Origin: Bugula neritina
Lineage: Eukaryota; Animalia; Bryozoa
Direction of reading: 5' to 3'
Assembly: GCA_964035545.1 (NCBI GenBank)
Contig: OZ037769.1
Span: 16,708,633-16,772,632, forward strand
DNA length: 64,000 nt
Shown: piece by piece, positions 47,101-57,887 of the stretch
Layout: each line of letters opens with the position of its first letter
Numbering within the stretch: the first letter of the stretch is position 1
Made by a program: the position numbers and the translations under genes
Notes under the pieces: generated by a model
The model's input: only the letters and a program-made list of their open reading frames with translations
The model's database searches: none
What the model was told of the DNA's origin: nothing

Positions 47101-50100
47101 GAGTTCTGTATGACTTTGAGACTGACGGAGACTGCATTAGTTGGTGAGTGTCACTGTACTTATTCCCTGGGGTTGTTGAATGACGAAGGGGTTGCTTCTC
47201 GTCACTCAATGTCACAATTTCTAAAAGTTAGTCTAAGTTCATGTTGTTTATATTTAGGGAGAATGTATAAAACAAACAAAAATTCACACAAGTTTATAGT
47301 CACTATCCCTGTGAGATCCCCTAATGGAAAGGATTTTTATTAAATCAGGCTAAGGACTTATTTAGATGGGGCACAGGAGTAATTATGACTGGATGCTCTT
47401 CCTAACATCACCTTTACTGGGGATCAACCTCATGCTTTTGTGTGTACTAAGCCAGTGCTCTAACCCCTAGACCACGACTGCTCCCTACGCTGTGTACAAT
47501 AGTGCCCATCTTTATGTGCTTTAAGGTCACACGAAGTCACTCTTCACAAGGAAGCAGAGAAGTACAAGAAGAATGAGTTTCTTAGAGATCTAGAGAGAGA
47601 AGACAATCCAGAACAAGATGTGACAGTGAGTGTTGTCTTCCCATGCTGAGAGTTGAATAGTGTATTAATTAATATACAGAATTGCACAGCACGGTTATAT
47701 TTATAAGTTTTCTTCTTTCCACTATAGAATTAAAACAAAACTCAACTATAATAATTTAATACTTCACTAGTAGAGTTATATCCTTTGTAATCTGTACTAT
47801 TTACCTTATTATTGTATGTAACTTGTGTTTGTTTACTTCCTCTTTTTTCATTTTCATCTTTAATGCCTGCCTAAAGATAAAGAAAACTGAGAAAGGTTTT
47901 GTAGGTTGAATATATGCTAGTGCCTTTATAGTATTAAAGCAAACTACTGTCATTATATTATGTTGGTTTAAAGGATTGCTCAATCTTAGTTTATTACAAT
48001 CACATTATAATTATGAACTATAATCTAGTGTATGCAAACAATTGTGACTTTGCAAAGGGATATGTGCCTAGAAAACAGCTTTTCAAAATTCCAATTTTGA
48101 GGGAGGTAAAATTTTCAGCCATGAAAAAGAATAGCCTAATACGTGACGTGTGAACGCCAGTAACTATGCTGCACGTGCTAACTATAACGCTAGTATTCAA
48201 GGTTGCTGAGCACAACATCAACCAATAACGCTCAAGCAGTTACAGCGCGCTATATAGGTCAGCTTTGGTGTGCCCGTAATATTGCACAATCTGACCTAGT
48301 TTAGATCGATCGCAGGCATTCATCCTAAAAAATGCATGTTTTTGCAATGCTTTTTTCTAATGTTTACAAGCAAAATATGGCCTAATGTTATCACATACAT
48401 GTTATTTAAAATGTCAAAAAACTATAGATTGAGATAATTCACATTTGCACTTCTATAAATATACAAATTACGAGCTGAAAGATCACATCTCACAATCATA
48501 TTTCTATAGTTATTCATTTGTATAGTCACGTGACCAGCAGGAATGCTGGCGCTGTTACGTCACATTTCCCAGTTCATTTTAAAATCGGCGTTTTGGCTGT
48601 TACCAATCTACACCCTCAACTTCAACTAACTTTTTCTACCTTTGGTCAAATGCTTTTTGTCACTGCATGCTTAGAAAAACACAATATTATGTGTGTTTGA
48701 CCTAAATGGCCATTTATTAAACAAGATAGAGCAATCCTTTAACTCCTAAATACAGCTGAAATATGTGGATTTTGTTTAGTATTCATTTGCAAAGGGAGAC
48801 AAGGAGAGTTAAAGCCGAGGAGAGTTAAAGCCGTTTTCTCTATTTATAGGAGGTTGATGAAAGTTCGTCCAAAGAAAAAATGGAAGCAGAGCTTCTTGAC
48901 TCCACTGAGACTGAGAGTAAAGGTATGTCATTACACCATATCTCAGTGGTCTCATCCCAGATAGAGGCTAGGCTAAATTTCCCAGTTAGACGCTATTTTT
49001 TATTTTGGTACCATTACATACAGTAACATACTTATAATATATGCCCACATATATGTTGCATTGATTGCTAAATAGCTAATAGCTATAATAGCTAATAGAA
49101 ATTATCTGGGATAATATTCCAATTTTCACAGATATGTGTATGGGACAAAAAAGCAGTAATGCATTAATAATAGATATTATCTTTAATGAATACTTATTAA
49201 CGAAATATCTTTTCAAACAGCAAGAAGTATAGAATATGCGAAATAGTAAGTTAATGCAGATTAAAAGAATTTATTTATGTGCTAAATAGCAAGCAACTGA
49301 TCCAAGTTTATTTAAATATACTTATATTTCAATAATATTCAAGTAACTTGCACATAGAATATATATTGCACCAAAATTAATAAATAGCGTCTAACTGGGA
49401 AGCATTTATGTGGGATGACACCATCTCAGTATTACATCATCTCAGTATTACATCACTGTGGCTATGTATAAATAATTTTAAAAGTTTAACTGTTGGATGG
49501 CAAATAATTTTCTTTAAATTCTTTCTTTCTCAGCAGATGAACTAAAAGGTTCAGTGAAAGAAGACATCAGAGAGAAAGTGTACAGTCTAGACGATTCTGT
49601 ACACAGTTGGTGTGACTACTTGAGGGTGCACCTGCATCCCAAGTCGCTCTCTGTGGTGAAAGGTTACTATCAGACTGAGTAGGTCTTAGTGTACTCTAAG
49701 TTATACTCTTAAGTTACTAGTGTACTCTAAGTTATACTCTTAAGTTACTAGTGTACTCTAAGTTATACTCTTAAGTTACTAGTGTACTCTAAGTTGTACT
49801 CTTAAGTTACTAGTGTACTCTAAGTTATACTCTTAAGTTACTAATATACTCTAAGTTATACTCTTAAGTTACTGGTATACTCCAAGTTATACTCTTAAGT
49901 TACTGGTATACTTCAAGTTATACTCTTAAGTTACTAGTATACTCTATGTTATACTCTTAAGTTACTAGTGTACTTGATGTTATCACTCATTGCCAAAACC
50001 ATTTGCAGTAGAATTTATCCCCCCCCCCCCCACAATTTAAAAGCTGATGAAGGTTATCTACATTTAGATGTTTGATAGACTACTTAAATTACTTAGAACA

Positions 50101-53100
50101 ATATTTCTAATCTGTGTGAAGCCAATACCCTGCTCTAAGTGCATTGTTGTGGTATAAGCGAGCAACCCTACTTGAACACTTTCTCACTTCCTGTTTGTAG
50201 CAACGTACTGAATCTACATAACCTGGGATCAGATATGTACACCCAGCAGTCTTCAAAACTGAGAGAGGAACTGGAAGATAAGATCCACTTCTTCACAGAG
50301 GAAGCTGATAACCTACAGGTGTTACTATGTAATACTGTACTTAGTTATGATAACCTACAGGTGTTACTATGTAATACTGTACTTAGTCATGATAACCTAC
50401 AGGTGTTACTCTGTAATACTGTACTTATTCAAGCCATGTGTACCACTACAATGCCATTACTATTCTCTAAACCGGAACTTTTCACATGTACTAGTTTGTA
50501 GCGCTGCATTTGCTATAAGAGATTGTAATATGTAATAATACAGTTATATACCGACATTGTATTTTATTCACTTGCATCATGCCACACCCAGTATGCTGTA
50601 CTAAATATGCTGCGTATGCTACCTGTGTTACAGGGGTTTCACATGCTGGCTGATATATACGATGGATTTGGTGGCTTAGCCTCTTCTGTAGCCTCAGATA
50701 TTTCTAATGAATACTCAAAAAGAGGCTGTATCAGTTTCTGCCCCTTCTATAGCCAACGAACTTCTCAGGTACTGCGTAATGAGTACATAAAGTATGCAAG
50801 ATAATTTATATTTTGTATGTATACTTAATAAGTCTGTGTATACTCCTTGTATCGATCTCGGTAAGATTCATGGAAAGATGTCAAAAATCGATCTCCATCG
50901 ATCTGAGCTGGTCGGTCTGTAGAGATTGAACTCAGATCTCAAGGCAATAAGACCATGGAAAGACGCCAGATCGATCTGAGAAGTAGAAAAAGACTGTTCG
51001 CTAAAGTGTTGTCTGCTAATAAAAATGATGACTTAGTGTTAATTGCTAAGCAAAGTACATAATAATTACGAGAGCCACTTTTTCAGATGCCAAAACTTTG
51101 ACTTTCAGTACAATGATTAAAAAAAACTCAATTATATGAAAGTATAAATAGTAAAAGGTACAAAAAAAAGGAGCATTTAAATTGAATTTAAGTGACTAGT
51201 AAATCTTACTTTCATTAGTCATTTGCTGCGTAATTTCAAGCCTAACAATCCTGCAAGTTTATGAATAATCTGCAAGACAGCTATTTATTTTATATAAGCT
51301 GTCAAGCTAAAAAATTAAAATTAATTATCATAAATTGGCCAAACTACTTTACTCTAAAGGCTTTGCTGCTTATAGATTATAGTTGGCGTTAATTTCTAGA
51401 CTGCAACAATCTTGTTTTCTAATCGCAGTAGCTTTAATCCCTCAGGTGGGCAAACAAATTATCCGTGAAAAAATTATTTACTCAAGAGCAGGCAACTACG
51501 CAAGATTGATCTGACACTCTCATGGAAAACCGATAGATCTGAGCACAATTCTCAGATCTATCTCTATGAGGTCCATCTGAGATCTGTCCATGGAAAGCCG
51601 GTGTTCATAAGTTTGTGTATACTTAGTTGCTAAGCAACAGAAGCCATTTTCTATAGTTTATAGTTAGTGAATAAAATACTACAACCAAAATACATGATGT
51701 GTATAAGGATTGCATCATTCTGAATTCTAATCTGTTTTCTGATGTAGGACAACTCCCAAAGTCTACACGATCTGATAAACTCAGTACTGAGTGTGGTGAG
51801 GCTGATTGAGGCTGGGTTCACAGTCGTCCCTTTAAGTCTAGTTGACAATCCATGGAACTCAGTACATCATAAGCACGCACAGTTGCCCGGTCTTGTATAT
51901 AAGGTGTGTGTTCTACTCTCTCTCACCCAGTATGGTCTTATCACAGCTGCCCCATTATTCTCATGAGAGTATCAACATACTGCTTTGTTTTACTTTCTTG
52001 TTGGAAGACAGGCTAAATAGTACATCAGGATTTAATTTACTGCTAATGTCTCTGTCAATATTGCGTTCACTGGAGTTATTGTCTCAATCACACAGGTTCT
52101 ATATTGGAATACAATATACTGCTATATTCAAACTGTAGTAAACATAGCTTATTTTCGCTATTGTATTATTGTATTTATTTAAAACTGTATTATATAGAAT
52201 AATCTCCCCTACCATATTACTGTATTATATAGAGTCATCTCCCCTACCATATCGCTGTATTTTATAGAGTCATCTCCCCTACCATATCACTGTATTATAT
52301 AGAGTAATCTCCCCTACCACATCACTATTATATAGAGTCATCTCCCCTACCACATCACTTTATTATATAGAGTAATCTCCCCTACCATATCACTGTATTA
52401 TATAGAGTAATCTCCCCTACCATATCACTGTATTATATAGAGTCATCTCCCCTACCATATCACTGTATTATATAGAGTCATCTCCCTTACCATATCACTG
52501 TATTATATAGAGTCATCTCCCTTACCATATCACTGTATTATATAGAGTCATCTCCCCTACCATATCACTGTATTATATAGAGTCATCTCCCCTACCATAT
52601 CACTGTATTATGTAGAGTCATCTCCCCTACCATATCACTGTATTATATAGAGTCATCTCCCCTACCATATCACTGTATTATATAGAGTCATCTCCCCTAC
52701 CATATCACTGTATTATATAGAGTCATCTCCCCTACCATATCATTGTATTATATAGAGTCATCTCCCCTACCACACAAGTGCTGTATTCGCTGCCGCACTG
52801 GACACAGCTACGTTGAGTCACAGACTTCTAGAAAGTTCTCTTCCACTCTATCACCTGACAGATACTCTCAGCTCAGCTGGAAGAATGGTATACATGTATA
52901 CTTTACACTACATTCACTCCTGTCTTACTGACAGAAGACTCTGGCCATGTGGCCAGCATCGTGAGAGACTTAGTTCTTAGTTCTACCTGGTAACCCTTGT
53001 CCTCAGGGGTGCTCACAGGGGTGGAGCACTTTAACAGACTTTATGGGACTTATTGAACAAGAATAAGTTGTCTTCTCTTTTTTATTTAGAGGCTGGAAAC

Positions 53101-54392
53101 TTTATGCTAGTTTGAATAAAGTATTGCGTCTGTATAAGAACAATCTTGTGTTGGAAAAATTTATCTTTTCTTACTTTTTGTCTCATGTAACGCTAACTGT
53201 ACTCTAGATGCAATAGAATTTAACTGTTGGCAGACATGTCTACTAATTATAGACAGAGGAATGTATGTGATTGTATAGTCTCTACGTGTAGATGTCAAGC
53301 CTCTTATCTAGTTACGAGTTTGTTGAACGCTCTCAGGTGTCGAATCTCTCCCTGACTCTACCACTTCCTCTGGAATCACATCTCAGTTCACAGAGTCTCC
53401 TCAACAAAGCCCGGAATCCACTCGTTTCTCTCTCTCCTCTCCACGATGGCAACGTCTTGAGGTCCCCCTCTGTGCAGTCTGTAGTGTTGCGAGGGGCTAA
53501 GGCTAGCTGTGAATCACTACTTCAGGAGGCCGTCAGCACCTGGTACCCTTCCACCCCCTCGTGAGTTCCCTGTCTACACCACTTTCTGTTCACAGCTTAC
53601 TGCTATATGTTGTATACTGTTATATTCACGTCACACTCTGTTATACTCACGTCATATACTGTTATATTCTGTGTAAGTAGATGATATTTGAAATTATATG
53701 TTTCTTTTTCAGATCCATAATGGAGGTGAGGAAACCGTGTAAAGTGACCTCTCCATTTCCTCACATATTTGACAGTAAAATAGACGAGTTTGGATACAGA
53801 AGTGATAAACCCCGAGAGAAGCGTAAAGGTAATTACAGCTTTGTAATATAGCTGTGAGAGTTTTCTCTATCCCTGTAAATTATTGGTCCACTGATGTGAG
53901 TTATTGGAATTATCTGCCTGCTGTTGTAAAACATGCTGATTGTAGAACACATCTATGTTATTTCACATGACTCTAGTCGTGGAATAACTCACACATACTT
54001 ATGAATATATTAATAATAACTCGAGTGAATTATTTCACTAGTTTCTTCAATTTGAAAGTTGTAGCTGAAGTTTTAATGTGAAAGTAAAAGATATGCATTC
54101 TAGATAATATAATATTTGGATGAAGTTGGCGTGTAGTTATCATTCCCTGATAATATGTTGCTCAGGTGTGCAGAGTGTAGCAGCAATGACCTCTCTGTCT
54201 ACGACTAACCAAAGTGTTCACATGTTGTCACATCTGCTGGAGAGATCACGTAGACTTAGCAGACGACATTTACACAAACATCTAGAGGCTGGGATGGAGC
54301 TGGACGACTGGAATGACTCTCTCAATACTTTAGGAGAGCTCATTGGAAAATATGAGGACGGTGATGCAATGGAAACGAGTGACAGTGAATAA
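38190..54392 (+). CDS. MSTO1: Protein misato homolog (tubulin/FtsZ-like)
   Basis: Exons 38190-38264 (MNKETITFQIGHLSNFVGAHWWNLQ), 46693-46785, 47028-47143 (YTPRLIAVDL), 47526-47625, 48850-48922, 49534/49537-49678 (WCDYLRVHLHPKS), 50201-50318 (EELEDKIHFFTEEADNLQ), 50634-50768 (GFHMLADIYDGFGG), 51748-51903, 52756-52887 (YHTSAVFAAALDT), 53292-53560, 53713-53828 (PFPHIF), 54166-54392. All are GT-AG and phase-consistent, with misato-family motifs. Confidence 0.92.
38942..39212 (-). repeat. 3' LTR (271 bp)
   Basis: Identical to 46246-46516; adjacent polypurine tract ggagggggcgg (39223-39213, minus strand). Confidence 0.95.
39569..40657 (-). CDS. Retrotransposon extra ORF (362 aa): two C2H2-type zinc fingers, basic NLS-like patch, C-terminal coiled coil; not env
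   Basis: CRLCQLHFTTPRRLRVHIPQH and CPCGEYSYHRDYILRHQRTMGCH; PRPSRKRRWP; LGEAEERIRELEKEVQRL...ELRALSASV. No signal peptide or TM; intact ATG-to-stop between pol and the 3' LTR. Confidence 0.75.
   Translation of the reverse strand: METSLPSVSSDLIALIESQLLGTESYVKGDENIKMADDLLDLELDTMSLCQSTRHDSVPRVLSEKMYDSQTSNSRLSSELWCKDHIRSNSNSALLDTALSPLSGDMPSLEMAWNEEPVPTTLPEALLQQSCWVTTDTETLIREHKGDRQCTTCRLCQLHFTTPRRLRVHIPQHYFTTFCPCGEYSYHRDYILRHQRTMGCHIGHLFEVDESSFPQFLNLIRPFISDPVRYERLRQEFPAPRTITQGPCPKPPGYRKPRISHSSPPARTVPHPDSIPRVVLRRIDIPQRWRPSPPVSPRPSRKRRWPSSSPNRHSAPARNLGEAEERIRELEKEVQRLTPRISAAASELRALSASVARMKGSA
40723..41388 (-). CDS. pol: Pol C-terminal (post-integrase) Pro-rich tail, separated by a 1-nt frameshift
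   Basis: Contains RGQRTRQPPAYLKDF, a gypsy IN-tail-type motif. Joins the integrase frame if one G of the G8 run (41390-41397) is removed. Confidence 0.7.
   Translation of the reverse strand: MLEPRRQTVTRGRQRHGPEFEVVVPRGEDLVRQETPLPPTEVRPPPPVPSLPPPLPVPHPRPEVQNPPVGGAPSGDNSREGNTTTNGGPETPQVEQNSPPVSTPPQPTAITPSPADASPPLERGQRTRQPPAYLKDFICDRVTNGSYESLAGRRTERLATKRGSCEHHGNLNFCEGGVVNKTTTPEANSSSRAQQPRCPVFSYADVVKGRRIQTQSTDIQA
41327..42619 (-). CDS. pol: Integrase segment of Pol (frameshifted from gag-pol)
   Basis: HHCC (HKQAH...CEIC), DDE core (AIDLVG, HSDQG, VVERNN), GPY/F motif (PKFVGPY). Confidence 0.92.
   Translation of the reverse strand: MPKKEGRQPSEEQLRQGCTELRLYCQRWDSLRIGPDGLLTITVAAHNNQYGRKRVICPAAIRRELVWDTHKQAHAGVSRVLSKLQLRWYWPGMEREVRRRVRQCEICQASKHGRLPGEAGRRRLYAGRPWQVVAIDLVGPMPVTPRGNSWILVLTDHFTRWADALAIPDASAPTVARVLDQNVFCYLGLPEQIHSDQGAQFQSQLLSDLCRLWGVNQSRTTPYHPQGNGVVERNNRMLGDALRSLLLGRGQEEWDTVLPQVMRAYRSTPHTSTGETPNLLMLGRETRVPDHLTYHIPEQDYTIHEYASKLIEDLRAAHEILRAKQWQVRREDSQEPPLYRTGDWVWMINYRRRRGQAAKLQPKFVGPYVVVEAMPNHTYKLERSGQVSVQNEARLKPYWASPGAAGAAPPVVGAQEADSNAWAATAWTRI
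42588..46184 (-). CDS. gag-pol: Gag-Pol polyprotein (capsid-like Gag, aspartic protease, RT, RNase H)
   Basis: FLLDSGC (protease), WRFCVDYRKLN / LPFGL / YLDD (RT), LDTDAS...ELLA...TDH (RNase H). Confidence 0.95.
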   Translation of the reverse strand: MDEGVTSMEGGEQNIIIGPLGAGEEVYRNMLEVPVFTGCEDIEQFVQEFRETAAIARWPLRVTLTKLRMALTGEAKPYGWKPSINGIIATLRARFGMPVAVAKSRLRGLLRKTCTPLSDHATLVQRLARTAYSDLPETHRRHYTFEAFVQSLNSLDFHHQLQAKGVTTIEAAIQENKAYAGAEQLYKTEEATPQPSREPDHPVRIAAATTKTPIETEISRLMTRLGQLVATITYNHSRKSKRTAAKPPRPMMRRWESGNQGHRPLSGPRFKRQQKPQPPRRPPELRGHKQREKRGGCRQEPVRAQRHTPRQWQTPRRTSQPGRPRDPFSLPLTNRFSPLPVMEQTSEAPQGIGEDQNTSPQGNSHRPRKPRNKRAQPRSAEIEHAGGIRVQPHGGSYFLPGKVAGKAVTFLLDSGCTTNILSRRVFDTLPLKERGALAPYTGEPGTLADGSRIPFYGIIELAGRVRDQAIQETFVISPLEEDAILGMPFLKRHGCHIDFSKSAMLMGGKELTCVDKFGRPLAGGVQVVRNCTIPGRSRATVHCRVNNSQLSGLGVVEGAHSRIQLASSLNRLTDRGEILVQCVNPFSEAVQLPSGSMLGRFHSIQEEDVGPSLGAATEGPQQSPSVRRGTVPSHVKELYQAACNGCTGNVERQTMAQLLRDYSDVFSSGDHDVGLTTAVRHEIPLAAGTTPIRQPTRRLGPEKEKEVSQQVRDLLDRGLIEPAHSAWSSPVVLVRKKDGSWRFCVDYRKLNSVTIQDAYPLPRIDESLDALAGSKYFSTLDLLSGYWQVPLSPDAQEKAAFITRDGLWKWKVLPFGLTSAPATFQRLMEQVLSGLHWKTLLVYLDDVIVISPDFQTHVSRLREVFDRLRGANLKLKPSKCALLQPEVKYLGHIVGRHGVATDPEKVRAIEDWVTPQDLTGLRAFLGLVGYYRQYIPDFAGVAQPLNRLTAKGVTWQWTPVEQRAFDCLKGRLLEAPILAYPDPALEYILDTDASDQNVGAVLSQVQEGREVVVAYYSKSLSPTERNYCTTRKELLAVIKSVKHFRPYLYGRKFRLRTDHASLIWLCKRAEPSSQVARWLEVLAEFSYRIEHRPGKKHGNADGLSRRPDEGCKQCLNIEKRDGGPPKSELRALNHSETEYDWDQGQLLQKASTPPEAIQRLRANPVLADNVRELRRLQEDLPGVVADVYRAKKGGAATQ
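46227..46244 (-). other. Primer-binding site complementary to the tRNA-Leu 3' end
   Basis: Minus strand TGGTGGCAGCGGTGGGAT is the complement of ATCCCACCGCTGCCA+CCA, the 3' end of animal tRNA-Leu(AAG)-type tRNAs as recalled; it lies 1 nt from the 5' LTR. Confidence 0.85.
46246..46516 (-). repeat. 5' LTR (271 bp)
   Basis: Identical to 38942-39212. Confidence 0.95.
47335..47486 (-). mobile_element. tRNA-derived SINE-like element in a misato intron
   Basis: Minus strand gggagcagtcgtggtctaggggttagagcactggc...gaggttgatccccag shows A-box/B-box-like motifs, followed by the core shared with 4190-4350. Confidence 0.55.
47972..48738. mobile_element. MITE with TTAA target duplication (Kolobok-like termini)
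   Basis: TTAA|AGGATTGCTCAATCT ... AGATAGAGCAATCCT|TTAA. Confidence 0.75.
48948..49422. mobile_element. MITE, Merlin-like family copy 3 (inverted relative to copy 1)
   Basis: ggtctcatcccagatag ... tgggatgacacc with perfect 8-bp TSD atctcagt. Confidence 0.85.
49686..49974. repeat. 31-bp minisatellite (~9 copies) just after a misato donor site
   Basis: Unit tagtgtactctaagttatactcttaagttac. Confidence 0.9.
50307..50426 (+). repeat. 42-bp tandem repeat (x3) spanning a misato exon/intron junction
   Basis: Unit gataacctacag|gtgttactatgtaatactgtacttagt(t/c)at. Confidence 0.9.
50850..51603. mobile_element. Non-autonomous DNA transposon (same family as 35376-35840), 5'-truncated
   Basis: Shared internal sequence; ends catggaaagccggtg. 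Confidence 0.7.
52186..52772 (+). repeat. 35-bp minisatellite (~17 copies) built from a misato intron/exon junction
   Basis: Unit tatcactgtattatatag|agtcatctcccctacca; the last unit is the real acceptor at 52756. Confidence 0.93.
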
Positions 54393-55445
54393 TAGTTTAC
54401 ATCCATTTCTTGTATTTTTATAATAAATAAAATCACATAAGCTCGACCCGAGTTATTATATAACATCCTTTAAAGTTATAGCTGAAAGCCTTGTAGTTTT
54501 GGTGCTCCTTGAGTTGATATTGTGATGGGTGAAGGTGATCTAAGAAAAAGTCTCCCCAAGAGTTACTGCAACTCACCTTCAAGTAGCGTAAAGTAAGTCA
54601 AATACCTCTAACCTACCAGACTGAAATACAAGATGCATAGTATTAGGTTTGTTATTGCATTGCTCCACATTTACTTCCTTTTCAGGTAGGTCTGGTACTG
54701 CAGGACCACTTGATACCCTTAGAGTTTAGATACCCACCATTAGTAACTACATCAGATTGTGTTGCTATGCAGGTAAAGTCTTGTTCATAAACAAATAATT
54801 TATTCACGTATTTTAAGCATTGCTTTAGAGTACGGAGAAAATTACCTCATGCAAAGGTGTTTGATACAGATGATAGGGTGATTATAATGCATACAGCATC
54901 AGTGCCCAGTGAAGCTGTGCAAATGTTTGATTCTTTATGCATCAGATGCTGTGAACTATAAACAACATACAGTATCAGAACAATACATTACTTGTGCTCA
55001 ATTTCACTTAGTGCACTGAATATACCTCTACCCATACTGTATATTTATAGGGAATTGTTTTGTCTGGTTGCAAAGAAAACACTATATTTAAATAAATAGT
55101 TTATTCAGATATTGTCTTAGAAAAAAGCACCCAGAATTCAATAGTCAAAGCACTAAACTGCTTATTGTAGAATGTTTAACACATAAAACATAACATGGGG
55201 CAAGCCTGATAAAATAAATATATATTGAAGAAGAAAATTTTGTATTGTCCATATTTAAGTCAAAATGATACTTTTTGAGCAATTTAACAGAAGCGAATAT
55301 ACTTTTATATATAGTAATAATTTGAGCAGTTTTGGAAGACCAGATATGGAGGCGTTATGTACATTTCTTGTATGACTGGGTAAGAGCAAAGCACCACAGG
55401 CCACGTCTCTCTCTATAATATAGTAGTACAGTCAGAACTGTAACT

Positions 55446-56727
55446 TCAGCAACTTATAGCCGAGATCTTAGACACAGATGCCACAGGTTTATAGAGTACA
55501 GAAGGGCCTGAGATGCTTGCCCCGCCAATAGTGTAATGATTAGACACTCCAAAACCAGGAGGTAAGGCTATCCTTGAAATGAGTCCAGTGGAAGAGCCCT
55601 GCACTCTCTGCTTGTTCTGAGAAGCTGTCATCTGAGATGCTGATGACTGAGCCATGTGTCTGTATCTCTCTCTACGTCTGTGTTTATATAGGTCAATACG
55701 TCTGCTTTCCTCGTCTGAGTCATCCAACTGATTGTGCCACCTCATGGTGTCTGCTGAAGCTGAGGAACTGGGCTGGTCAGCATCAACGGAGTCACATGAC
55801 TGCAACACTGATGAGTCTGCTGAAACAAGTAGTAGATACTAGTCATGTGACTAGTAGTAGTAGTCATGTGACTGTGCTTGTAAAAGAGTTGATCGGTCAG
55901 AGTCTTCTGGTAGCAAAAAACTCTCTTTCTAGAGCAGGAAGTAGAAAGGTTGTGGCTGAATGCTGATGATGATTGTGGTAAGATTGTGACTTTAGCAATA
56001 ACTGAGGATTTTCACTCCGCCTTTTAGCCACAAAAACTCATTATAAGTGAAATTTCAAGGTCAAGGTGAGTTGGTATAAAAACATTGAAATATGATACAA
56101 GTTTATCAATTTTTTATTGTTTAGCTTATATGAAGACTCAATTAGAATATTTATAAAACTCAAGTTAAGTGAGCTGCCATTGATTAATTGTTAAATCAAA
56201 ATAAGCTTTCAGTTACATATATTACAATTATATTAATGACCATAATAAAGGCTGGCTGACTTGGAGAATTTTAAAAATACTGAGTTAAAAAATCATAAAA
56301 ATACATGATACTGAAACACAACTGCCAACACATATGGACACTTTGTCAACAATAATTTCAGATTATTTTCTCAATTTACAACTTTGCTTAGCACTACAAA
56401 GACTTGTAACTATCCCAAAAGAAACAAAGCATACATTTTAAATTCCAGGGCAAGTAAACAATTCCATACAAAAATTGACAGTTTTTGTAGTCTGATCAAT
56501 AATGCTCATTTACCAATCACTATTACCTTTAGTTACTTACTGCGTTCATCCTGGTTAAGTGTGTCAGTTACATTTACTGTACTATCAATGGTGCTTTCCT
56601 CTGTTTTATTATCAAATTGATGTTCCACCTTTTTCTCTAAAAAAGCTGAATTCTTTGACTTTTTTTTCTTTTTCACTTTACTCTTCCTTTTTGACTTTGG
56701 GTTTTCTGTTTTGCTAATTCGTTCCAT
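55446..56727 (-). CDS. LIAT1: LIAT1-like protein (ligand of Ate1), ~186 aa
   Basis: Exon 56727-56541 has a poly-Lys tract (KSKVKKKKKSK) and a phase-1 intron to exon 55819/55816-55446, which carries MRWHNQLDDSDEESRRIDLYKHRRRERY, resembling the conserved Liat1 domain (LRW.G.L.D...E..RI..YK..RR.RY). Confidence 0.7.
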
Positions 56728-57887
56728 TTACTCTTGTTTTTTGAAACTAATATTTGCAAGCAGACTGTTTGCAAGATGGCATTCACTACAACTGTATAAG
56801 TAATAAGACATAGAGTAATAGCATTAGTATTAGCATTACTATTTAAATGTTATTATTGGTGTTTTTTATCTCATAATGATAAACCTTTCAGTTTTTGTCT
56901 GCAAATAAACTGTAGAATAATAATGACAGATTTATGCAAATGGTCCACTACAAAGCACAAGCTATTTTAGTTGTGAAACTATGACTACGAGTTAAATTAG
57001 GTATTAACTTTTGAGCTTAACATTTAGTGATCTACAATTACATATTATAATTTAAAATAAAACTTGTATTTCATCTTCAGTGTAATATGTATTTTAGGTA
57101 TAAGAATTAAAATAACTAATAGTAATAATATAATTACTATTAGTGATACAATCACAACAACTGCCTATTCATATTGATTATTGATATTCATAATCATATT
57201 CATATTGAATTTTAAATATAAATATTTCAATTGGAGTTAATGCTTTTCTTGCACTGCAATATTGCTTAAACATTAAATCACTCACCAATAAAGCAGTTGC
57301 ACCACACTCAAATCTTTTAAAACAAAAACATAAGAACCAACGATTTTCTAAGGTGTGATATTTTGCTCTCTACCCTGGACATGGACTTGGAGTCCATAAC
57401 GCATTGGCGTTTGGAACTGGCACTTGCTTACTGCACTGACGATTTACTGCTGTTACCATAACTATGCGCACAGAAATCAAACATAAATATTATTAAATAT
57501 ATTTTTAATTAATAGCAAACAAAATTAAAAATATAAAAAAATAATTAGTGATTTTTTGTTGTTTATTTGTATTAATTGATTGGCAAGAAATAACAATATT
57601 ACTACGCACTCTAGCAGAAGGCGTGGCGGAAAAAGCTAACAAAGCGACACCTAGTATTTTTGCTTCTTCTGACGGAAATAGGCATAAGTGCAAGGCTAAA
57701 ATATATCAATTTCATTGCTAATGAGTAAAACTAAATGCAATATAAACATTTATTCTCTGCTTCTACATTCACATTGACATTGTGATGAAAGATAGACAAA
57801 ATTATAACTTCTAGCTTTTATCATAAAATTTAGCACTGGTATATTATATACCAGCTAATTTACTTTGTCTTTTACTTTTAATATTCA

